A DNA stretch of 51,834 bases from Octopus sinensis. Taxonomy: Eukaryota. Positions 1-12,479 of this stretch are shown piece by piece. Below the pieces are notes generated by a model. It was not told the origin of the DNA. It worked only from the letters and a program-made list of their open reading frames with translations, and ran no database searches. The DNA lies in NCBI RefSeq assembly GCF_006345805.1, contig NW_021834012.1, positions 1-51,834 of the forward strand, read 5' to 3'. The position numbers and the translations under genes were made by a program. Each line of letters starts with the position of its first letter. The first letter of the stretch is position 1.

Positions 1-551
1 ACATACTTATACACACGTACATACACACACACACACCTACCCCTATTATTTAGATCGATACATTTATAAATTTGTTAAATCGACATAGAAAAGAAAAACA
101 AAAGCCAAATTCGAACTGGTGGCATTTGAACGTCGAAGGACAGAGAACCTGAAATAACATTGCTAGACATTTCTTTTTCCTGCACTCAACTCAAATAATT
201 CAGCAGTTGGTCAACATAATCGTACACACATACAAGGTTGTTCTTTGCACTTTTATCCTAATTCCTTACTTCCAAATAAAAACTTGTAAACCTGCCAACT
301 TTTGAGAAGAAATGAATATATATCCCTCGTATTAACTGTCAGCCATGGGGACAGCGCATCTTGGAATAAACAGATCTTCATCCACATAGCTTGTCATGCA
401 TATATACATAGATACATACATACATACATACATACGTACACACACATGCACACACACATTTATATGTCAAGTAAAGATATATAGATACACACACACATAC
501 ATATATATGCATGTGTGTGTGTGTTCATATATATATATATATATACATATA

Positions 552-950
552 GGCGCAGGAGTGGCTGTGTGGTAAGTAGCTTGTTTACCAGCCACATCGT
601 TCCGGGTTCAGTCCCACTGCATGGCACCTTGGGAGAGTGTCTTCTACTATAGCCTCGGGCCGACCAAAGCCTTGTGAGTGGATTTGGTAGACGGAAACTG
701 AAAGAAGCCCGTCGTATATATGTATATATATATATGTGTGTGCGTGTATGTATGTGTGTCTGTGTTTGTCCCCCTAGCATTGCTTGACAATCGATGCTGG
801 TGTGTTTATGTCCCCATCACTTAGCAGTTCGGCAAAAAGGACCGATAGAATAAGTACTGGGCTTACAAAGAGTAAGTCCCGGAGTCGAGTTGCTCGATTA
901 AAGGCGGTGCTCCTGTATGGCCGCAGTCAAATGACTGAAACAAGTACAAA
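552..950 (+). mobile_element. tRNA-derived SINE, family A (CORE-like centre, internal TA/TG microsatellite), full length
   Basis: Head GGCGCAGGAGTGGCTGTGTGG (A box) and GGTTCAGTCCC (B box-like); CORE-like GGCACCTTGGG..AGTGTCTTCTACTATAGCC; 3' end GGCCGCAGTCAAATGACTGAAACAAGTA. About 14 homologous segments in the window. Confidence 0.9.
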
Positions 951-1244
951 AATATATATATATATGCGTGCGTTTGTATGTGTGTGTGTTTATATGTGCG
1001 TGTATGTATATTATGTAAGTAGGATATTATAATACAAGCTGTGATATCAATTATTTGATTCTCTGTCTGAAGAATTTCCACTAGGAATATCTTACATATT
1101 ACATGCTATACGTACAATTTTGTAACTTTGGTAGCAAATGGAAAACGCGTAATGGTGTATAAATGATAAGTAAAATGTTTTCGAATCTCCCATTTATATA
1201 TGTGTGTGCGGGAACGTATGATGTATGTAACCGCCAAACATATC

Positions 1245-1368
1245 TACTCAGAAAGCTTTGATCTGACCCGGGGCTATAATAGAAACATTTACCCCCAAAG
1301 TGCCACGACGTAGGACTTGAACACACAACCATGTGGGTTGGGATACAATCCTCCTAACACAATGCCAC
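1245..1368 (-). mobile_element. SINE family A, degraded 5' head fragment
   Basis: Reverse-complement similarity to 560-680 (GGGGCTATAATAGAAACA..., GGACTTGAAC, AACCATGTG). Confidence 0.55.
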
Positions 1369-1478
1369 AATAGCACAACGCTTATACATACATTCATTCA
1401 TACATACATACATATATACATACATACATACATACTACAGACAGACATACATACAGACATACATACAGACATACATAT

Positions 1479-1509
<31 letters not shown>

Positions 1510-1665
1510 CCTTCAAATACATACATACATACATACATACATACACATATATATATATTTCATCCCATACAGACAGACAGACATGCATATATACATACAT
1601 ATATACATACGATAACATACATACATACATACATACATACTACATACATACATACATACATGTAC

Positions 1666-1800
1666 ACCCGCCGTTCTCGTTTTCCTTTCCCTCTTTGGAC
1701 TTTACTTTTTTCCTTTCCGATGAAGAGTTGCTCGAAACGTCAAACTCTCTCTTTTCACCGAGTGTCAATAATATGCTTCTTCTGCATGTCCTCTTCTTTC
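1666..1800 (+). mobile_element. Probable Penelope-like element terminal-repeat fragment (degenerate paralogue near 20360-20450)
   Basis: TTGGACTTT...CCTTTCCGATGAAGAG..CGAAACGTCAAACTCTCTCTTTT; homologous TTGGACTTTT...CCTTTCCGACGAAG...AAATCTCTCTTTT at about 20362-20425. Contains a hammerhead-like core. Confidence 0.5.
1714..1744 (+). ncRNA. Minimal type I hammerhead ribozyme-like motif
   Basis: TTT-CCGATGA-A-GAG(TTG)CTC-GAAA-CGTC-AAA: core, 3-bp stem II, palindromic ACGT stem III, GUC site at 1741. Stem I is only 3 bp. Confidence 0.5.
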
Positions 1801-2123
1801 CTTTAATTTTTCCCTCGTTTATTTGAATTGCTTGTGTATTTGATTGGCTAATTACTACACACTCACACGCACCGACCACGCCATTTCCGACTGATTTGGA
1901 GTACCTGACTCATGGATTTCCTACTCTACCCTTAGAGTACGTTGCTTAAATTTCCTTTGGAATACTTTGCTTTCGTACCTTTGGTTATACACACACACAC
2001 ACATACATACACAACACACACACTATATATATATAGACATATACATACATTATATACATGTATGTACATACATACATACAACATACATACATGCATACAT
2101 ACATACATACTACATATAATATA

Positions 2124-2169
<46 letters not shown>

Positions 2170-2244
2170 ATATATATGGGGGAGGGTGCCTCTGTATTTA
2201 TGGGTCTGTGTATAATATATTTCATAGCATTTTTCCGATGGTCA

Positions 2245-2302
2245 GATAACTGAAAGATGGCGGCGTGGTTTCAACCCCGCATCCGAAACTCGGAGTTTTA
2301 TC
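2245..2302 (+). ncRNA. Type I hammerhead ribozyme-like motif
   Basis: Stem I GATAA/TTATC; core CTGAAAGA (one extra A); stem II GCGG/CCGC; GAAA 2285-2288; palindromic ACTC-G-GAGT stem III; predicted GUU cleavage after 2297. Confidence 0.6.
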
Positions 2303-2410
2303 ATGGCTCCGAATAATTGTCACACATATTACTTTACAGATATATATATATATACAAAGCGAGAGAGAGAGAGAGAGAGAGATAGAGAGAGAAAGAGAAA
2401 GAAAGAGATG

Positions 2411-2473
<63 letters not shown>

Positions 2474-2690
2474 TTACATGTGTGTGTGCGTGTGTGTGCA
2501 TATGTGTGTGTGCATATGTGTGTGTGCATATGTGTGCATATGTGTGCGTGTGTGTATATGTGTGTGTGCGTGTGTGTCTAAATGAGAGAATGATTAAATA
2601 AACAACCAGGCGTATGCAGTCGTCTTGTAGAGATCCGAGAATCATTTTCTTTCGTATTTGTCTACCAAGAATCCAAAATCACCAACAAAT

Positions 2691-2829
2691 TCATGTGACA
2701 ACGTGTTTAACGACAGCCATTGACGAGTAAGCAACCGAGTAACCATGGTTACTTACCAAACGTATCAGTAGACATTCTGCTTATTTCCCAGAAATTCCTG
2801 CGGACGAGAAAACCTGTTGCTATGACAAC
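2691..2829. promoter_or_regulatory. Candidate promoter/enhancer: RFX X-box, X-box-like palindrome and M-box/E-box
   Basis: GTTGCTATGACAAC 2816-2829 fits the X-box consensus RTHNYYWTRRNRAC; perfect palindrome AGTAACCATGGTTACT 2738-2753; TCATGTGAC 2691-2699. Lies in a non-repetitive island. Confidence 0.4.
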
Positions 2830-2935
2830 CGCTATACATATACTTTGGCAATTATGTATCTTCTATCTGTTGGCATTATAATACTATATGTGCGTGTGTG
2901 AGTGTGAGTCTTTGTGTGTGGTTTGTGTATGTGTT

Positions 2936-2975
<40 letters not shown>

Positions 2976-3082
2976 ATATATATTATATAGATATACATAT
3001 ATATATATATATATATATGTATATCTATATATTATATATATATATATATATATATGTATAATATATTATATATATATAAGAT

Positions 3083-3118
<36 letters not shown>

Positions 3119-3142
3119 ATATATGTATATATCGTATATATA

Positions 3143-3548
3143 TACTCTTTTACTCTTTTACTGTTTTACTTGTTTCAGTCATTTAACTGCGGCCATGCTG
3201 GAGCACAGCCTTTAATCGAGCAACTCGACCCCGGGACTTATTCTTTGTAAGCCCAGTACTTATTCTATCGGTCTCTTTCGCCGAACCGCTAAGTGACGGG
3301 GACATAAACACACCAGCATCGGTTGTCAAGCAATGCTAGGGGTACAAACACAAACACACAAACATATACACACACACTTATATATATATACATATATACG
3401 ACGGGCTTCTTTCAGTTTCCGTAAACCAAATCCACTCACAAGGCTTTGGTCGGCCCGAGGCTATAGTAGAAGGTGCCAAGCAGTGGGACTGAACCCGGAA
3501 CCATGTGGTTGGTAAGCAAGCTACTTACCACACAGCCACACCTGCACC
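3143..3548 (-). mobile_element. SINE family A, near full length
   Basis: Reverse complement of 552-950, with a (TACTCTTT)n tail and a small deletion in the core. Confidence 0.9.
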
Positions 3549-3794
3549 TATATAAATAAGAATATATTCTGCTATATCGGAAATCTCCAATGGTTTCGTA
3601 TCTACCGTCTCGTCTATAACCTTGGAGCTCTAGTAATGCGTTACACTACTTACCTAGCGTACCGAAACGTTCAGATCACCTGTGAACTAAAACCTCATAT
3701 CATATATATATATATACATATACACATACTTGTGTGTGTGTTTGTGAGTGTGTGTGTGTGTGTGTGTGCGTGTGTGGGGGTGCATTTGTTTATG

Positions 3795-3960
3795 TATTCT
3801 TGACATTTCCTTCATCAGCTGTCGACAAGAGTTCATAGCAATTTCAGCACCCAAATACACACCCTGAATCTTAGGTAAGATTCCCAGATTCGCTGTTCTA
3901 TCATTCATTGACTGCACGTCTCAGAGCATAATTCCCCTCTTTGGCATTCCTTTGTTCCGC
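3795..3960 (-). mobile_element. Possible degraded Penelope-like 3' remnant with collapsed hammerhead core
   Basis: Minus strand TCGACAGCTGATGAAGGAAATGTC shares TCGACAGCTGAT-GAAGG with the motif near 47605-47625; stem II is missing. Confidence 0.3.
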
Positions 3961-4113
3961 CTAATTATTTTCACTTTGTCCACTGTCCGGTCGGTTCCTG
4001 TAGTGCGCGAGTTCCTATATATATGCATATGTATGTGTATAAACATGTATATATACATACACACCCACCACACACACACATATATATATACACACACCCA
4101 CACATATAATATA

Positions 4114-4150
<37 letters not shown>

Positions 4151-4169
4151 GTGTATGTGAGTGCGTGCG

Positions 4170-4325
4170 TCGAGCTTCTTTCAGTATCTGTCCACCAAAC
4201 CTATTCACAAGACTTTGGTCAGCCCGATGTCACAGTAGAAGACATCTGCCTGGGTACGATGCAGTTGGACTGAACGCTGAACCAGGTAATAGCGGACCAA
4301 ACTTCTTACGACACTGCCATTGTGC
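4170..4325 (-). mobile_element. SINE family A, degraded head
   Basis: GCTTCTTTCAGT..CCACCAAA..CACAAGACTTTGGTCAGCCC..GTAGAAGACA..GGACTGAAC matches the family A reverse complement. Confidence 0.7.
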
Positions 4326-4907
4326 AAGATTGAAGATATGTGCCATAAAAGGTCTAGGGATTAGAATCACGGTCAATAAGTTCGATTCTTGTTCTGAACA
4401 CCGCGCTGGGACCTTGACTAGGGTATTTCACTCAACGCTCACCTTTTCCATCCAGTTTGCAATGTGGCCCTTTTGTAACACACGTGACACCGAGAGTGAG
4501 GATTACTCTGAGTAGCTTGGCATTCTGTTCAGATGTGTCTGTATGGGGTACTCACATTAATTCTATGAAAATCAGATAATTTTCGGCCTCATGTACCCGT
4601 TGACACATCGAAGAATTCTCTTAATTATCTCCTCATAATTATCAAGCGAATATCGTCGTAGAAGATTACCAGGAAAGTAAGAGCCTCTTAATTGAAATAA
4701 TTCATCCGTGAAAGATATGGGGAAAGAGAATTCAAATATCAAGATTTATTCGCTATGTAAGGGCTGAAAATCAGAGATGATACTTAGAGCAACAGGTGAC
4801 TTGGAAATACATAACAACGTGTGAGATAAATGCATAAACAAAATCTTTCCTTTATGTTGAGTAACACGTTTTCTTCTGCATGAATCAGCAATATTAGAAA
4901 ATAAATA

Positions 4908-5006
<99 letters not shown>

Positions 5007-5012
5007 TCATAT

Positions 5013-5200
5013 AGGGCGGAATGCTTAGCAGTATTTCGTCTGCCGCTGAGTTTTCAGTTCAAATTCTACCAAATTCTGAGTTCTGAGTTCAAATTTGCGT
5101 TTCACCCTTACGGGGACGATGAAGCAGGTACCAGTTACGCACTGAGGTCGATAAAATCAACTAATCCCCTTCCCACAAAATGTCTACGGCTTTGTGCTTA
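5013..5200 (+). mobile_element. tRNA-derived SINE, family B, degraded
   Basis: GCTTAGCAGTATTTCGTCTGCCG..TTCTGAGTTCAAATT..GTACCAGTTACGCACTGAGGTCGAT, followed by an (AAT)n tail. Confidence 0.75.
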
Positions 5201-5544
5201 GAGTATAAATAATAATAATAATAATAATAATAATAATTATTATTATTATTATTATTATTATCATTTATTATATAATAATAATAATTATTATCATTTATAA
5301 TAATGATAATAATAATAATAATAATAATTAATTATTATTATTATTATTATTATTATCATTATTATTATTATTATTATTATCATTATTATTATCATTATTA
5401 TTATTATTATTATTTTATAATAATAATAATATTATTATTATTATTTATAATAATAATAATAATAATAATAATTATTATTATTTATTATTTATTATTATTA
5501 TTATTATTATTATCATTATTATTATTATCATTATTATTATTATT

Positions 5545-5987
5545 GAGTGAGAGAGCAGTTCATGCCATCAAAGTGACACTGGGGTAAAATATCGAAGCCC
5601 AGTATACCCATCATGACTACCCTCTGATAAGGGCACACCAGGCACATGCATCACAACCATATGTGCGCGACATGGTGATCTCATATCAAGATAAACACAC
5701 AGACCTTGCAGGTGGGGCCCAGTTAGAATTTTTTTTCGGGTTGAGTAGCCCATCCCGCTCAAACGGTCCCTGAATAAGGGTTTGTGTTAAGGATGTTGAA
5801 GAACCACCCATTTTTCCAGAGGTGATTATTCAAACCCCAAAGAATCCCTCTCAACACATGGCTATGATGCTCCCCCACTACTTCTGCTCGTGATCAGAGA
5901 TGCACGTATTTCAGCCCATAAGGGACATGCTCACTGGTTAAGGTCAACAACTGACAAGCAAATCTGTGGTATTGAGCAGAATTTTGC

Positions 5988-5989
<2 letters not shown>
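5545..5989 (-). mobile_element. Short retroposon family E with (AAT)n tail
   Basis: Homologous, in inverted orientation, to 45451-45823 (CTCTGATCACGAGCAGAAGTAGTGGGGGAG; TATACTGGGCTTCG; GTGTCACTTTGA). Both copies end CTCTCTCACTC followed by (AAT)n. Confidence 0.8.
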
Positions 5990-6021
<32 letters not shown>

Positions 6022-6411
6022 TATTTTATTATTATTATTATTAACTTCTCGGGAGTGTGTTAGATAGAATGCTCTCGAACTTTCCGTTGTGTTCTTTCGG
6101 TTCATATGCTGTCTGTGTTGCTGAAATCGTTTTTCTTACGTGCAATAATGTACTTTAATAATCGGCGAGAACTTCTTTTAACTGATAAATCGATAGAGTT
6201 TTTGATTTGATGCGAGAATACGAAGATATTGCAAATGTAAAGTTAGCAACAGGCTGGGCCGACTGGCTTTACACGATCGTCGTCGCTAGCACTGTGTGTG
6301 TGTGTGTGGCTGCGCGTGGGGTGTTTTACATTAAATACATACATGTGTGTTTGTGTATGTATACATATATATATACACTTACATACACACACACACAAAC
6401 ACACACACACA

Positions 6412-6462
<51 letters not shown>

Positions 6463-6757
6463 ACACAATATATATATATATATATATAATTGATATCTGG
6501 CATTAGAATTTTTCTTCTGCCCTTATCTTGTAAATTATATATATATATACGTACATATATATATTACATACATAGAGAGAGAAGAGGAGAGGTGAGTGAT
6601 AATATATATAAATATATGTATATATATACGTAATATATATAATATTTATAACACACACGCACACACATACATATATATATATATATATAGATATATACAT
6701 AGATGTAAACACACAGAGAAGGAGATATGATATATATGTGTGTTTTGTGTGTTTGTA

Positions 6758-6812
<55 letters not shown>

Positions 6813-6939
6813 AGATATGGATTGCGTATATGTGTGTGTGTATGTGCGTGCGTATTTGTGCCTGTGCAATACAATATATGGCGATTTGAAAAGTAGGGCA
6901 CTATTGTAAACCAACACCTTTATTAACAGTATATTACAG

Positions 6940-6983
6940 GCACCTCGTATATCGGCACCGACGGGCTGTTTGGAAGGCTGATG
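6940..6983 (+). CDS. Candidate small coding exon, product unknown
   Basis: TATTACAG|G...ATG|GTAAAT. Two open frames: (G)TSYIGTDGLFGRLM (phase 1 to 0) or HLVYRHRRAVWKAD (phase 2 to 1). No homology recognised. Confidence 0.35.
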
Positions 6984-7392
6984 GTAAATTTTGAAAGAAA
7001 TTAAAGAAAAACCAATAAATAAATAGATAGATAGATATATATAAAATACATACACCTTTGAACTTGATATTTGTAAATGCATCACTCCTTGCATTCCTTG
7101 TCTATTAGTCTTTTTTTCATTTGCTGCACATTACATTTTGACGAGCAGCAATTAATGATAAAGAGTGCAGTTTTGCAAGTTGCACAATAAGTCGCCCTGG
7201 TGTGTTTGCTTATTCTGTACTCTTGCAGATGCTGCACATCTTGACGTCGAAACAACGTATCGTACAGTGTGACATTACGGCCATGTTGTACACTGTCCAT
7301 TGTATTGTTTGTTTATGTATTCCTATATGCAGCGGACATTTTGGCAAGGAATTATTCATAGCGCAAATTAGATGCTACGTGTTGTTTTTTCT

Positions 7393-7900
7393 CTTCTTCT
7401 TCTTCTTCTTCTTCTTCTTCCAATCAAGACTCACGCCATCAGCCACAAAGAATAATCTCTAATTCGAGCCTTACTCTAAGCTACTAAGAATGCGTGTGGC
7501 AACTTGAAGATCCACTCACCACACGCGATAGACTGGCGGTTGCACGGGTACGAAAGCTACGTTGTTATCCTCATTCCGTAAACGGTGGCTTTTAACAGGT
7601 GGAGAGATGAATCATCGTGTGGTACAGAGGATTCGTGATCTAGACTGGGGTCTGAAAGTTTACCACACCATAGTCGGTTACACCATTGTTCCTCTGCTTT
7701 GTGGCAGAAGTAGGAAGAAAGCGTGAGAGAAAGTTGTGGTAAAAGAGTGCAGCGGGGTTCAATATCCATACCCTGCCGGAGCCTCGTGGAGTTTAGGTGT
7801 TTTTTGCTCAATAAACACTCACAATGCCCGGTCTGGGAATCGAAACCGCGTTCTTACTGCCGCGAGTCCGCTACCCTAACCACTGGGCAATTGCGCCTCC
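7393..7900 (-). mobile_element. tRNA-derived SINE, family D, full length with (GAA)n tail
   Basis: Minus-strand head GGAGGCGCAATTGCCCAGTGGTTAGGG...GGTTTCGATTCCC; (GAA)n 3' tail at 7393-7420; degenerate TSD CGTGTTGT(TT/AG)TTTCTC at 7378-7393 and 7904-7919 (14/16). Confidence 0.8.
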
Positions 7901-8228
7901 ACGCGTGTTGTAGTTTCTCCACTCTCGTATCTATTGTCCTTCTTTTGTTATCAATAAATCATATAGAGTACAATGTGGTAGAATGGACGTGCTGTACTCT
8001 ATCCCCTCTCACTTGTGTACTTGCGTACTTGTGTGCTGACGAAGATACTACACATTGCAATGATGAATTGCATCAGGCTCTGTTCCCAACTAGAGTTCAT
8101 ATGGCCTTTGGGGGTCCACATAAGATTTTGTTGCTAAAATTTTATGTGCAATTAAGTAGTTATACTTCTGCAATACACAAAATATTTTTTTTATTATTTT
8201 TAGACAATTCCTAATATTATTCAATTAT

Positions 8229-8491
8229 CTCTTTTACTCTTTTTACTCTTGTACTTGTTCCAGTTTTTTGACTGCAGCCATGCTGGAGCACCGCCTTTAG
8301 TCGAGCAAATCGACCCCAGGACTTATTCTTTGTAAACCTAGTACTTATTCTATCGGGCTCTTTTGCCGAACCGCTACGTTACGGGGACGTAAATACACCA
8401 GCATCGTTTGTCAAGTGATGTTGGGGGGACAAACACACACACAAACACACACACACACCACACACACACACCACACACCATATATACATAG

Positions 8492-8548
<57 letters not shown>

Positions 8549-8717
8549 ACATATATATACGACGGGCTTCTTTCAGTTTTCGTCTACCAAATCCACCCAC
8601 AAGGCTTTCGTCGGCTCGGGGCTATAGTAGAAGACACTTTCCCAAGTTGTCTCGCAGTGGGACCGATCCCGGAACCACGTGGTTCGTAAGCAAGCTACTT
8701 ACCTCACAGACACTTCT
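8229..8717 (-). mobile_element. SINE family A, full length
   Basis: Reverse complement of 552-950 with an expanded central CA/TA tract. Confidence 0.9.
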
Positions 8718-8789
8718 AAAAATATAATACGATTTTTTAAACATCGAATGGCTATGAGAGCCTATCAGAAAAAAAAAATAGAAATCAAA

Positions 8790-8824
8790 GGGGTCCGTAG
8801 GTCGGAAATGGCTGAGAACCACTA
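8790..8824 (+). mobile_element. hAT-type MITE right-end remnant (similar end at 22350-22380)
   Basis: GGGGTCCG...GGCTGAGAACCACTA and GGACCCC..GGTTGGGAACCACTG resemble the CAGTGGTTCYCAACC TIR typical of hAT MITEs. No matching left end found. Confidence 0.4.
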
Positions 8825-9110
8825 GACTCTAGCTCTATAAACGTTGTCTATAAACATTCACATTGTCTCGCCCCATTAACCTTGTCTCTAGACATTCATA
8901 TTGTTTTGCTTGATTGATTTTCTTTGAGGATAAGCTTTTAGTTGCTAATGTAAAAATTAATAAAAGACAAAATTAATAAAAGACAAATTTAATACAAGAC
9001 AAAATTAATGCAAGATCGTTAATAGTAAATTAATATAAATGTTTTAATGTTTAACTGATATATGTTAATATGCCGTAATGAATTCAAGTCGGCTGATTGA
9101 CAGACTCGTT

Positions 9111-9230
9111 AGTACGCCAGGCACAGTGCTTAGCGCTCTTTTGTCCACCATTATTTCTGAGTTCAAATTCCGCCACGGTCAGCGTCGCTTTTCATCCTTT
9201 CAACGTTTATAAAATAAGCACCAGTTCCCC
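9111..9230 (+). mobile_element. SINE family B fragment
   Basis: GTGCTTAGCG..TTCTGAGTTCAAATTCCGCC..TTTCATCCTTTC..AAAATAAGCACCAGTT. Confidence 0.7.
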
Positions 9231-9439
9231 AAAAGCCCACTTCTCTAAAACTATTGGCCGTGAGCCAAAACAAGAAACCAATTTTATGTAATATATTTTA
9301 CTACATGCAAAACTACTTTTCCCTCATTATTCACTGTCTTTCGTTGGCGGACAGATAAAAGGAGATACTGGGAAGACACACTGCCAATTGGTATTTATAG
9401 ATGTAAGAGGGGGAAAAACAGGTTGGAAAATTGGGTAAA

Positions 9440-9926
9440 TGTTAAAGGGGAGAAATACAGACAAAACTGTTAAAGCTGTCCTTGACAAAACTGCCAAACC
9501 TCTCCTTGGCAAAACTGTAAAAACCTGTCCTTGACAAAATTGTCAAAACTGTCCTTGACAAAACGGTAAAACCTGTCCTTGACAAAACTGTCAAGGCTCT
9601 CCTTGATAAAACTGTCAAACCTGTCCTTGACAAAACTGTCAAACCTGTCCTTGGGAAAACTGTAAAATCTGTCCTTGACAAAACTGTCAAAAATGCCCTT
9701 GACAAAACGGTAAAACCTGTCCATGACAAAACTGCCAAGGCTGTCCTTGACAAAACTGTCAAAGCTGTCCATGACAAAATGGCAAAACCTGTCCTTGACA
9801 AAACGGTAAAACCTGTCCTTGACAAAACTGTCAAGGCTGTCCTTGACAAAACTGTCAAAGCTGTCCTTGACAAAACGGTAAAACCTGTCCTTGACAAAAC
9901 TATCAAACCTGTCCTTGACAAACTCC
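9440..9926. repeat. 24-bp minisatellite array 1 (19 units plus leader)
   Basis: Unit ACAAAACTGTCAAACCTGTCCTTG; 9461-9917 = 19x24 + 1 nt; leader TGTTAAAGGGGAGAAATACAG. Confidence 0.97.
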
Positions 9927-11129
9927 GGTAAATACTATACACATTGTAGTTCTTTAGACTGGTTTAGTCATCGATGCCAAGATCATGATGTAGCAGTCCC
10001 ACCTTCATAGAGATCATCACACCTGGAGACTGGAATGCCTTTTTTTATATAGTTCTACATATATATATATATAATGGCTTTACATGGACCAATAACTAGA
10101 GCAAAACTATTCTGTATGGATTCAACATGGGAACCTCTACACGATCGCTTGAGCCATTGCTTAAAATGAATTCATCGAGAAACTCATTCTAAAAACGAAT
10201 AATATAATTCTTCCTCCCTCTCACACACACTTTCTCTCTTTTCCCCTCTCACTTTCTCACTTTCTCTCACCCTCTCTCTTCTCCTCTATCTCTCCCCCTT
10301 TCTCTCTTTCCTCTCATCTCTTTCTCTCTCACTCTCTCTTTCCCTCTCTTCCACCTCTCTCCCTCTCTTTCACTCACGCTAATTTTCTACTCCATAAAAA
10401 AAACCTTTGATCTTATTAGATTATCTCCCTTGGTTACAGTGTTACTCACCAAAATATTGCCTATTTAATGACAAGTAATACTAGAAACATGCTATAGCCA
10501 CTCTCTGCAATAATAGAGAACGTTACACCAGTAATTAATAGTTAAACAGTACTAGTGTTATATATAATATATATTTATTCGAAGTACACATACGAGAGAT
10601 TTGTTTTGATTTTAATTCAATTTAATATTTCTATTTTCAAAACTAATATCCGCTTCATTAGTATTCATTAACCATGAAATCTGTAAAGAAAAAATATATC
10701 AAAAATACAATTATTACAGGTATGAAACAGCAACCTATATCATCTACAGAGTCGTTATGACGAAAACACTGTAGTAAAAGAAGGCATTAAAAAACACACG
10801 TGGCAATCATTGTCTATACGTAAATAGTTTTAGCGCACAATCATACCTGTCCATATTCACAGTATCTAATTTACAAGAACCCTAAATCTACACAGATATG
10901 TGAGAATCTCGAAGTCAAATATTATCAATGATTTTAAATAATGCTAAGTAAAGGCATGAATCTCAGTGCACCAATTGTTTCAATTCCAAAAATATAATTC
11001 TCATGGTTATGCATGTTTGAAGCTAAACACAGTGCAATGCACAGCACTTGGAAGAGCGGCGCATGAATAGCTCAGTCCCTTGCTTACACATACACATATG
11101 TATATTATGTATATATATATATATATATA

Positions 11130-11188
<59 letters not shown>

Positions 11189-11196
11189 GATATGTA

Positions 11197-11233
<37 letters not shown>

Positions 11234-11471
11234 AATGCCATATAGTATGAAACATATACGCTACCACTCACAGGCATTCTATTATGACAAATACCGTAGT
11301 CTCGAACATTCTTTCTTACGACATACTCACTGCTATTATATGTCTGTATAATGTGGAGACATGATGTCTATATGATACAGTTTGTGTATCATAGCTCTTA
11401 CATATAGCTAATGATATATATGCCATAGTATGCGATAACTATTATGAAGTGTTCTACGAAATACTATTATA

Positions 11472-11517
<46 letters not shown>

Positions 11518-12007
11518 CAAACATACATATATGCATATATACATACGTATATGTACATACGTACATCTTACCGTATATATGCATAGCTGGGCACTGATTG
11601 TCATGAAACGTTTGCAACAAAAAAGTGCGAAACACGAGTACATGGAGATGAAGTATTCTTTCGAACAACGAAAGACACAAATGGGAAACAAAACAAACAT
11701 AAAGAACGACCCTTCGTCAGCTGCTGGCTGCTTCTCTAGTCTCGTATTTCGAGCATAATATATATATATATGTATATATGTATGTGTGTATGTATGTGTG
11801 TATGTATGTATGTATGTATGTATGTATGTATGTATGTATGTATATCGTTGCTATTATGTTAAACTATCGTATCTCCAGCTGCTTCAAGGCCTGACATATC
11901 AAAAATTGTCAAAGTGTACTACCACACTTTTGCTATGGAATGGTGGAAATATTTTCCCGTTTTCTGAAAAGAAACGACTCTTTTGCATAGTAACGACGAT
12001 ATATATA

Positions 12008-12057
<50 letters not shown>

Positions 12058-12070
12058 ATATATATATATA

Positions 12071-12216
12071 GGCGCAGGTGTGGCTTTGTGGGAAGTACCT
12101 TGCTTACCGACCACATGGTTCCGGGTTCAGTCTCACTACGTGGCACCTTGGCAAGAGTCGTCTACAAAGCCTTGTGAGTGGATTTAATAGACGGAAATTG
12201 AAAGATGCCGGTCGTA
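12071..12216 (+). mobile_element. SINE family A head (probable matching tail at 13355-13510)
   Basis: GGCGCAGGTGTGGC...CCACATGGTTCCGGGTTCAGTC...AGACGGAAATTGAAAGA; tail-like GGCGCTGCCTCAGCAGGGCCGCAGTCCAA..AAGCAAGTAAAA near 13460-13510. Confidence 0.75.
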
Positions 12217-12218
12217 TA

Positions 12219-12262
<44 letters not shown>

Positions 12263-12479
12263 CGTATAAGTATATACATATGTATGTATGCGCGTATGTA
12301 TATATATTATTTATTTATGTATATGTATATACATATGTATGTATAAGTATATATACTTGTATATATGAATATATCTATATATGTATATATGTGTGCATGT
12401 GTGAGTATGACATGCTACAGAGAAAATTTTAGCTTTCTGTTTCGACAGTTTGTGCACAGAGGTCAAAGGTCAAATGCCG

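Noticed and set aside
7830-7900. tRNA-like sequences at SINE heads (also 552, 41811, 44124)
   Set aside because: They have A and B boxes but no complete cloverleaf or acceptor stem, and they continue into SINE bodies with tails and TSDs.
9442-9942. Minus-strand 166-aa ORF of VLSRTGFT repeats
   Set aside because: It is a by-product of the 24-bp array, with no supporting splice or promoter context and less conservative substitutions than the + frame. Not formally excluded.
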